Below the pieces are notes generated by a model, which ran no database searches, was not told where the DNA came from, and saw only the letters and a list, made by a program, of their open reading frames with translations. A program made the translations under genes and the position numbers. DNA of 63,550 bases, the filler included, from Neolecta irregularis DAH-3 (lineage: Eukaryota), in assembly GCA_001929475.1 (NCBI GenBank). It is 5 parts of 5 records of this genome, joined end to end, with 100 filler letters (N's around TTAATTAATTAA, not from the genome) between each part and the next. Parts side by side here need not be neighbours in the genome. Positions count along the whole stretch, not along the records: positions 43,258 to 61,467 come from LXFE01000426.1; positions 61,568 to 63,550 come from LXFE01000432.1; 3 more parts are not named here. One strand, written 5' to 3'. Shown here one piece after another: positions 49,799 to 63,550 of the stretch. Position 1 is the stretch's first letter; every line of letters begins with the position of its first letter.

Positions 49799-52270
49799 TC
49801 CTCTTTGGAGTGTACCAAGTGGTGATAAAAACAAGGTTTGAGGCGTCGGAGTTCATTCATGCGTTGTGACGAGGAAAAAGTCATTTCATATCTCTAAATG
49901 ACGATAACAAAGTTGTATTTATTCAGCTTGATATTGTCTCAACTTCTATACTAGGCTATTCCCTGTAGTTTGTTGTACGAGACACATTTTTCACAACCTT
50001 TTCAAGTAGAACCCCATTCCTCCTACTCACTCCACCTTTTTCCTTTCTCACCTACCATTCCTCCCCCGAAGCAGGCCACTCTGGAAGTCACCAGCGATTT
50101 ACTCTCTCTTTTTGCAGCCTAAAACCCCTTCAATCATCCTCCCCCTTTTTCTCGGTTGCCTACTCCGTCATCAAAATCCGCACTCCTAATAAATCACAAC
50201 CCAAACATTTAATTCAACAATCACCTGTGCACTACTGAAGTCAAGGAAATGTCCTAATCTTAGACACGATTGTCATCAAGGATATAATAAGCGCCAGACA
50301 TCAAGGTCACCCTTTCTACTTTTCTCCTTTATATAGTTTTAATATTTTGTTCTTTCTATAGGTAGCTCACGTGGGATGAAAGGTTATCTCTTTTCGATAA
50401 GGGCCAGGAGCCAGTCTTTTGCAGCAGCAAAAATACGATCTTTTATTCTCTCTTTAACTCATCATACTCTATTGCTCAATCTTCGACACACCCTCCCTTC
50501 TCTCCCTCTCCCTCTCCCTCTCCCTCATATCACTCAAACTCTCACCGTTTATCCAAAGCAACAGTTATTCAAATATTCCCCGAACCTCCCCGACTTGCAA
50601 CCTACGTGTTTCAAGTTTCAAAGGATAAGCTAAACATAATTTTCTTTGTCACCTTTTTTCCTCACTCCTTTTCTCATACTACTATTAATTATCCTCGAAT
50701 CTTCTCGCCTTTCACTGCTGGCATTATTAATTCCCTGTTTTATTCGAGTTCTCACCCTAGTGATCACTATCGCCTCAACAATCTTCACACAAGCGCCGAT
50801 GATAATCCATCAAAAACCACGCGTTTTAAATCAGGCTTTATCAGGACTAGAGTCCTAAATTGGACTCGGTCATTCTTAACCCTCGAATTGAAATGTGTGT
50901 GGGAGACTTGTGGGGGTTTACTTCAGACATGCCTCCCTTTTTCTCATTTCATCCTCAGCTTCTCACATGTACTACTATTAAAAATATTATGTCCTTATTT
51001 TTTATAATCGAGAATGCCGAGTCTAACATTTTTGCGAATCCCGAGTTCAAGGAGTTGCTAATTCAAGATAGTGGGTCGCTGACAACGCTCAGAAGAAACT
51101 CGGCAGATCATCTTACACCGGGATATTCGACGTTGTTTCATCTTGGATTAAGCTCGTTGCGGTCCAGGCCATGCTGTGAGAATTCCTCTGGCTCACTGCA
51201 GTTCTTGGTGTCACAGTAATCACCCATGGACGAAACTAGGGGTGGGGCTATAGATAAGTGTAGGGAGTCGATTCTACCCCACCGTCACAAGTCCCACCAG
51301 CTCGCCACTGCCACCGTCAATCGTCGGGAGCAGCAAGGGCCGCAGCCCATCTCATTCTGGCCTATTACAGGCATCGCCACCCAGCAAGCCAAAATGGAAG
51401 CGAACAGGCAGAGGACGGTAGCAAGCATATGTGCCAAGTCTTTATATAAGTAATATCTAGCCTTACTAGCATGACTAGACTTAAACCCGATATCCAATAT
51501 ACGTAGTTACTTTACTTGAGGCACCTACAATACCCAACAAAAGTCCATACCAGCACCCACCCGAAGGTCGCGTGGTGACAATAGGCCAGACAAGACTGAG
51601 TCTTGCCGAGTTTGATCTTTTTAAGCTCTAATTATCTAGAAGCGAATATTACATACAAGCTGCCATAGAACTTTCTCTGCTTCACGAGTTCACTCGAATC
51701 ACTACTCAAATTGAGTTTCGAACTCGGCCTATTCACTTCTTAGTATATGTCGCACAAGTTACAGTAACTAGCTCAATTAGAGTCTCACTTGTGAACCCCA
51801 CGCCTTTTGTTGATAACCTGTTACTTTAGGATGTCGATTGGTGTTTATCTCATCTGCTAAATATGGGAGCATAGAAGTGTAATGTTTTGCCTACTGTTTG
51901 GCATATGTGTGTCGAAGGATATCATTGCATTGTACTGCTCAGTGAACGGTGGATGTGAAGGAAGTATTTCGTTGACAAAGTGCCTAGATACGTGCAAATC
52001 ATATTAGAAAATTATCATCGTCAATAAGAGAAACCGATTCTAGAAATGCAGACCATGCTTAGTATGGTACCAATATTATAGTAGGAATCTAGGGCGATTA
52101 TTTAGCCCTTCCCCGTGAAGGCCGATTTCGTTGTTGGTAAAACACTAGCTGAACTTTATTTGGCTTGAAAGCTCTAGACGCTGCATATCAAGCCAATCCT
52201 AACGTAATTACGGTACTAGGTATATAAAGAAGGTACCAATGTAACCTTTGCGCTTTTGTTATTTTTTGCA

Positions 52271-53174
52271 ATGTCGCTCTCTCGAATATCTCTGTATTTA
52301 TTATCCTCTCTCCACATCGTGGCCATTGGCGGCTCGAATACACTTAAGCGAAGGGGAGAGGTCCCGGCAGATTGGACATTTGCCGGGTGCGCTACGTATG
52401 ATTCCTTATGCTTCTATTTTTGACAGCAGAAATGATAATTTTGATTCTGCGATCGCTGTTCCCATGATTACAGCCCAGTGTTTCGTTGAATGTCGTGAGG
52501 CCCGAACATATTATGCAGGATTTGGAATTCGATGTTTCTGTACTTCGGCGAATATCACCATCTCTAGCTGTGCTAGCGTAGAGGGAACCGTCGGTTGGGT
52601 TTCCGTGTTTGAAAAAACAGGCCAAAGTTTATCTCAATTTTCTATCCTTTCAGATCCCAACCCTACAACACTGAGCCCAAGTAAGGGTATTACTGTGCCG
52701 GAAGCATCGCAGACCCAGGACAACTCGAGCATTACAGTGTCTGAAGTATCGCAAACCCAGGATAAACCGCACGATACAGTAACCCAGGCTGTTCCAGTTT
52801 CGACAACACCAAGCGAACTCGTCGCCGATTCTTCAACGCGAAATTCGACAAGCAGTACAGAGACTTTAGCACATGTCCTAAGGGTAGCAGAGATAGAAGG
52901 CAGGACTGCTCTGGGATGTTATGTAGATACGGCTGTTCCTACGTCTCTCGAATTTATGTCTTCAAGCATTGTTTCAGTTCCGGAATGTTCGAATCTCTGT
53001 TCAGATTTCGATTATATGGGCCTAGAGTACGGAGGTGAATGTTTCTGCGGAAACGATCTTCATTCAGGCACTGTGAAGGCACCTGACAAACGCTGCTTTA
53101 TGACATGCGTCATGACACCTGGAACAAATTGTGGTGGGCCTGCATTTCTCATGTTATACAACAAAACTATATAA
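52271..53174 (+). CDS. Secreted protein with two WSC domains and Ser/Thr linker
   Basis: Signal-like N-terminus then KRR, WTFAGC; intron restores frame; LGCYVD..C..LC..YMGLEYGGECFCGN..C..TC..CGG. Confidence 0.88.
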
Positions 53175-54466
53175 TACCACATTCAATTGATTCTAAATTT
53201 CCGTGTAAATAATGTATTATTGAATTTAGTGGTTATATGAGGGTCTTACCCGCTGCTAATGTCCAAAATTCGATTTCAGGTTGATACTCAAGCTCCTAAA
53301 AGGGTAGAATAGGTATGGGTACTAAGTGTCTCGGACCTGGTACTCGAAGCAGATTTAGTTGGATTGCTGAATGTAGTGTGGTTACTTGTGATACGGGTAA
53401 CTACGCATACTCAATACTCAGATAAACCTTAATCTGCTATCCAAATTTAGGCCTACTTACTAAGTATTCCCTGAGGCGTACTTTCTCGCGCCTACCTGCT
53501 CCAGATTGAGTAACCCAGTCCACGAGTGACTCCATTAGGCCTACAAATTCCTCTTGCGGTCATTCGTCGTGTTTGCATTCGGGTGGTCAGGCTTGATCTG
53601 GGATGGTGGCTCCGACAATACGCGATGGGTTTGCAGAGCAGAAGAGCTCATAATCCAGAGACTGTGGAGGTCAGTCTTGTAGTTCTATCTGTTTAACTGT
53701 TAATAAGCATTCTGGCCGTTGCAGTTTGTGAGATGCTGCAGCTTTAGAATTTGTGTGACGCGCCACTGCATGTGCATAAAACAACGTGGCATCCCCAATT
53801 CTCATAAACGATGAAAGCTCAATAGAGGTAATGTTTCGTTGTTCGGTTTTTGACTCAAAGGCCATGCTGCGGCTAATGAGCTGGATTTTCTGGAGGAATC
53901 TACCGTCTGTGCCCAGCGTTAGCCGAAGGACACAGCAACTTGGTGAAGGAAGGCTAATTAACGGCTATTTCCGGGAATTAGTGGCGTCAAGGGCAAACCC
54001 GAGTATAAAAGAGGACGCTGCCCTCTTCGCGCGCGGCGCCTGCAGGTGATCAAAAAGTCCGCTGCAGCCTCCAACACATCTCTCCACCCTGAACTACCTG
54101 TGTCTCTGCCCTACCACCACTACTACCACCACAACCACTTATCTCTACTTTCTACTTTCTACTCTTCGCTGCCCGTGGTGCATTCCCCGCTGTATTCTAC
54201 GGGTGTTGGCTGCGACATGATGGCGACAGGTCTTAGCACCGATGTCCTTCAAGACCAGAAGCCTGAGCACGCGGTGAATCTCTACGGGTACGAGCATTTT
54301 TGTTTCTTGAAGCCTGCTGTCGGATTCAGTGCTGTCGTACAATGTCAGTTAACCGTTCTGCTCCAGCCACGGCTTCAAAGCTCTCTTATCTTTTTTGAAC
54401 ATATGTTTACGTATTTTTTATAGCAAAGAATCAATTATCGATCATAAGCCAACTTCGATCGATACG

Positions 54467-58416
<3,950 letters not shown>

Positions 58417-58849
58417 GACCATATTTTCGACCTTTGATTCTGTATTATCTTTCACTTTCCCAATCACTCAGTTTATGCTTGAAAATTACATCTGTTGTTT
58501 TATATTTACTCACTATTGTTTAAGCTATATACTCTGTGTTATATGTCCATGGTTCCCAGTGCTTCTCACCTCCGAACTTTGAAAACGATGCGTTGCTGAA
58601 TCCAGAAATTCCAGATTTCGAGCTATAGCTATGAATATCCATAAAGGTGGCGTAAACATATATTTGCAAAGGTAATCAGCATCACCGGGATAGGAAGGAC
58701 GGGTATTCCTTGTTCAAGAAGGACGGGTATTTCTTCAACATAGGTTTTCATATCGTCACCTCTGATGGAAAACCTATATGATAAATCTTGAACTAATAAT
58801 GACTGGTTGTTGACTTGTCACTCGTTTGTAATTTTGCGATTCTAGCATA

Positions 58850-59872
58850 GAGATTTGCATTCAAGCTTTTGATAGATGAAAATTTACTCTCTTCTCTAGC
58901 AAGAGACTTTCAGTCGAGCATAACTTAGTTCGAGTGCTCGACAAAGTAGACTCTAGAGTCTGAATGGTCTTCTCATATTCTAACAAGGAAACGGTTGAAC
59001 ATCTAAAACAAACCTAAGTCAACAGCCTCTGCGATGGAGGTTGACCGTTGAATGCGATTCATAACATATTCAACATCTTCTCTGTCTTGAAGTGGCGAAG
59101 CCATAACACTTTCATGCTGATGTTTAGAAAGATCGGAAAAGAGTTTGGCATGACGATTACCGAGAGTTACATAGTTCTCTTGTAGGTCTAAGAGCTGGTT
59201 TCGTAGTTCAATTTGTCTTTCGCTATTGCGCTCTAAGCGGACGCCATCATTAAAATTTGATCGGCGAGCCACTTTTCGTAAGGCTGCAATTTCCGCTCGA
59301 AACTTTTCGATAACATCTCGGAGATCGCCTTCTTCTACGAGTTCCTGGATTTGTGGCTTTAACTGAATAGCTCGAGCACGTTGCGCATACTGCACATAAT
59401 CAAAATTAAGCCAAATGCATACTTGAATGGCATTTAAAAGAATGATATTCTGCAGGATTGATACAAGCAATCGTGTATGTGATTGCGTTTCCTCCAAGCG
59501 AATCTTGAAGCAGCCTTGTGAGCTTTGAGTCACGATAAGTGATACGAGTCTGATTTCTGGAAGACAACTGAGAGATAAATTTTCCAAGTGCTGCAAGTCC
59601 GGCATTAATCGAGATTCCTTCTTTTGCTCTCTCGCTCATAGCCCCTGTATTTTTCAAACGCTCGCTACCTGCAAGATCGACGAAATGCAACTCGCTGGTC
59701 ACAGTTGATAATATTTCGACATTAGCATCTGTACCACGCCTTTCTCCAACTGAATTCTGGCGAGAAGTCTTGGGACGGCGATGTACAAGGTTAACACTGA
59801 AGACTGCATGTGAACGAGATGCTAAGCGTTGATATTGGTTTGACGAATTTGAGAACCCAGATCCAATGCACT
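58850..59872 (-). pseudogene. Kinesin (kinesin-4-like) pseudogene fragment
   Basis: SRSHAVF, HFVDLAGSERLKNTGA, EGISINAGLAALG, YRDSKLTRLLQDSLGGN, YAQRARAIQ; several frameshifts; no P-loop region upstream. Confidence 0.85.
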
Positions 59873-60143
59873 ATGATGTTAGTAACCCACATGTTCTAGT
59901 ACATTACTTGTACTTTATTTCACATGGAGAACAATTTTGAATTCCTCCATATCTGGAATGTATATCTTAGGGCCACGCATGTCAAACACGTGGACAGGCG
60001 CCGAGGTCGGTGTATATTCAGGTTTTAAGACGATACCGTTTACACGGATTAGATCAAGTACACAAACTGCTAAACAATTGGCTATCTAACAAGACAGCAC
60101 GGGTGCCTGCAATCCTTGTCGGCAAGGCTCCTGTAATATATTC

Positions 60144-61085
60144 TCAAGTATTATTGTTGGCTAGAATGACTGTATCCATGTAATGTGGTCGTAATCGGCT
60201 GTTGCTTATTTGAGATCGAGCTGAACTGGACCTCATGTTCTTCTCATAGTCGTTAAAGACAACGATTGCCATGAGATCGCGAATGAATGGTGTAGCTCTT
60301 GTCGGTTCATGAAATGTACATGTCGTATGGTAAGGTTGATGAGGCCTAAGTAATATTTCTGCCACCTTGAGAACAACTTTTGTTATCACCACTTCCACAT
60401 CCGCATGTTGGAACTGCTCGATTTGATCATTGGCGCCGAAAGGAATCATGAATTTGAAATCTGAAAAGATTTCCTGATACTTCACCCAAATATCCTCAAA
60501 ATCATTGGCACTTTTGTCAAAGATTTCAAATGTCTGTGCTTCAACTACATAGTCAGTTTCATCGTCGTCATTTTTAGCTGGAGGGCCCCATATTATAATG
60601 TACCCTCCGAGGCGAGGGAAACCAACGAGTAGTTGCATATCTTTTTCGACAAAAGTTAAATACCGATGTTCCTCATTAAAATCAATGGGAATTCCTCCAT
60701 GTATATTCCCGCTGAGTATTTGTAGAAAAGTCAACGCCATATCTTGAAAGTCCTGTGGTGAAGAGCAACTTTTCGAAGGAACTGCCCATGAATCTAGGTC
60801 CTTGCTTTGAGTAGGAGTCTTTTCTCCGGCTTCCTGATTCACTCTGCGTTTTTTGCGCGCTGGCCCTTCATTTTCGTTGTGTCCCTTTTCTTGACCATTG
60901 AAAGTTGACAGAATATTATTCGCAAAATATAATGACATTGGATCGGTGGCATGCATCGCAATGTTCCTGCACAAGAGTAAAAGAGGCAGGTAGAATGCTT
61001 CACTGGCCGCCTGAGAGAATACTGAAGATCCCCCATATTTTTTTAACATATCCGTCGCCCACTCTTCTCCTGATTTATTTTTCAT
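60144..61085 (-). CDS. Hypothetical protein, 313-aa ORF, possibly part of a longer or decayed gene
   Basis: Long open frame with protein-like composition and an NLS-like PARKKRRV; no family recognised. Confidence 0.45.
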   Translation of the reverse strand: MKNKSGEEWATDMLKKYGGSSVFSQAASEAFYLPLLLLCRNIAMHATDPMSLYFANNILSTFNGQEKGHNENEGPARKKRRVNQEAGEKTPTQSKDLDSWAVPSKSCSSPQDFQDMALTFLQILSGNIHGGIPIDFNEEHRYLTFVEKDMQLLVGFPRLGGYIIIWGPPAKNDDDETDYVVEAQTFEIFDKSANDFEDIWVKYQEIFSDFKFMIPFGANDQIEQFQHADVEVVITKVVLKVAEILLRPHQPYHTTCTFHEPTRATPFIRDLMAIVVFNDYEKNMRSSSARSQISNSRLRPHYMDTVILANNNT

Positions 61086-61467
61086 ATCGCGAGAAATATC
61101 TTTGAGAGATAATGTTCGTTGTTCACGAATACTTGAATATCAGACTTTCCATTCAATCGCAGGTGATTACTTGTACACTGCTTTCACAACTCTAGAAGTA
61201 GGGGCTAGTTGAGTCTGAATTTCTGATGAATAGGTGCCAAATTTCAGACATTCGACGCGCTTCTCGAGCACTAATATGATGAAGGACTTGCAAATATACC
61301 GATTATTGTAGCATTGCTTTGCACATTTGGATGTTGCAACTTCCACACTCATGCTTTTCCCCCGCAACCATGAGTCTACTGGATTCTCAAAAAATACATC
61401 TTTGCCGAAAACATCATTAGACTTCTCGAAATGATCGTCGAGAAAAGATGCAGTGCAAATAACGTTC

Positions 61468-61567
61468 NNNNNNNNNNNNNNNNNNNNNNNNNNNNNNNNN
61501 NNNNNNNNNNNTTAATTAATTAANNNNNNNNNNNNNNNNNNNNNNNNNNNNNNNNNNNNNNNNNNNN
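61468..61567. other. Assembly spacer
   Basis: N-TTAATTAATTAA-N. Confidence 0.98.
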
Positions 61568-63550
61568 CATATAACTAATACCCCTATTCAGAATCAAATA
61601 TATGAAATATCGACTTGAGCAAGAAATTGAACAGGATTCAGAATACATCTTGACGTTCAATTTTAATCAGACCCTTCTCAATGTATGAAAGAAAAATACT
61701 TTTTGATGCTAACTGAAATTTAGAAACCTTACAATCTTTTCGCAATTGAATATCTCATGAAACAATGTCAATTTCATTTATGTACAGAGTACCGCAAATT
61801 CGTCGCCGTGACTCTTGAACAAGCGGCCAGTTTTCGTGGAGGGGTAATTCCTTGTCCACAACCTCACATACTAACTTTTAAAAAATAGATTTCTTACATT
61901 GATCAAGAGCTTCTCATGAAGGACATTTCAAGAAATCTTTGAAGACGAGGTTTTCTTTTCGACATGCTTATTTATTTATTCGGTGAATTTATAGCATTTT
62001 TTGGAGTTTGCGTGTTTGGATTATATATATCGTACTTGTGATTAATGTAGGTCACTCACTGGCTTACTCAAAAATCTATTCAACGTGGAGGATATTCGAG
62101 ACCTGTTTATAGATCAAACTGAATCCAAGACTGTACATGCGCATTTCTGTTACCTTGTCAATCTATAGCAAACTGTATCATGAACAAAACTTGAACTCAA
62201 ACCATAACAAATATATTTGATAAAAGAAATTTCGTACCGTGAACTCAAGTATTATCTTCCTTGCAGAGGATGAAAACAGGAACCCAAGTTGTCCTCAATT
62301 TCATAAATTTTGACATCTTCGTCTTTAAGATCCAATTCTCTCGAGATAAATAGCGTAAAATTCAGAAAGCAAGTGAATCCTGTGGTTTTCTCGTATCTTG
62401 GAAAACAAGAGCTGCTTAGACTTGATCGGTTCTTGAACAGGTATATTCCATTTAATAGTATAGAACCCGTCGCCAACATTTATCACAGACATCTTTTGTG
62501 ACCGAACATCTAGTCCTACGAGATTGAATTTTGAATCATTTGATTCCTCTTTCTCTTCGTTCTATGAGAGGTAGACCCGACTTTTACTGTTCCACGATGG
62601 ATGCAGATGGAGTTCGCCATCATCATATTGAAATGTTGAAGGAACCGTAGAATTGCTGATGATCCAATCTTCATTTGTAATACTGATGTGATTATCGCGA
62701 GGAAAGTCTGGGCAAAGGAGAGGGAATTTTGGGTATACTCTAAGCTGACATCTTGATGCAAAAATCGTCTACAGGAACAAACTCAGGATGAAGCATGATG
62801 AAGGCAACATTCTGGTATATGGATGTAACAAAAAAGGCGGGGGAGCGTTTTGTAAGGAATATTGCTTGGTATACTATACCCGCAAGGCAGGGATAATGGG
62901 CGATGTACCGCAAGGATTGGACAAGGATATTATGCAGGAACATTGTTCTAGCTAAGATTCTCGTACCTTAAGGTGCTAGATATATATCTTAGTCTTATTC
63001 TTACAGAGGTCTCATACTTACACTCTTTGTTTTCATTAGGTAAATGTCTCATGGTTCTTTGTGAGGTTGCAAAGTCCTCTCTTGATTCAAAACGGGTCGA
63101 AGCCAACAAGTTGAATATTAAACGGATGGCATTTTGAACCTTGTAATATCTGCCCCTCAATTTTCGGTGCAAAATTACTTTTAGCTTGCCAGATAGCTTT
63201 ATTTATGGAAAGAACATTTGGGTACTGTAAGGGTAGGTTTGGACGTATTCTTACCAAGACGGTCATACCTTACCAATGGGGCAAGGAGGCTTGATGTAAA
63301 TAGTATATAAAGACACGAAACGTACACTTGACTAGTTATAGCACTTGGTCTTATCGTACTTCTGAGCGCATAGCACATTATAGACTATGGCTTTTTCACC
63401 TACAGATATTGATCGACCTATAAGTTTTGATAATCCACCTCGAGCACCTAGATCTTTTTATCGTAAAAGACCTGTTGATAGACTTGCGTATGGCAATACA
63501 CCCGTTCCCATCATTTATCTTTCACAGGAAACCATCTTGGACAGGCGATT

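Noticed and set aside
49900-52200. Short ORFs in the long intergenic region
   Set aside because: No recognisable motifs or consistent splice model; left unannotated

Overview
Gene-dense, intron-rich fungal (ascomycete) nuclear DNA. Mitochondrial complex I subunits, an Ste2-type receptor, 30-50 nt introns and very short intergenic spaces suggest an early-diverging Taphrinomycotina such as Neolecta (inference only). The window is five contigs joined by artificial N-TTAATTAATTAA-N spacers, so gene order across them is unreliable. I hand-spliced about 32 genes, mostly housekeeping, plus mating/meiosis genes (STE2, FIG1, HOP2). Also present: a decayed inverted copy of a sugar-transporter pair, a kinesin pseudogene and a PIF/Harbinger-type MITE. 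The main signal is the splicing grammar. Donors are reduced almost to GY, about 11 of roughly 140 hand-modelled introns are GC-AG without a compensating consensus, and acceptors appear chosen by distance from the branch point. The meiotic gene HOP2 appears to need both a GA-AG intron and a GT-GG intron to encode a normal protein. Gene packing is extreme, with abutting stop codons and 38-114 bp spacers. Exon coordinates are manual and need RNA-seq confirmation.
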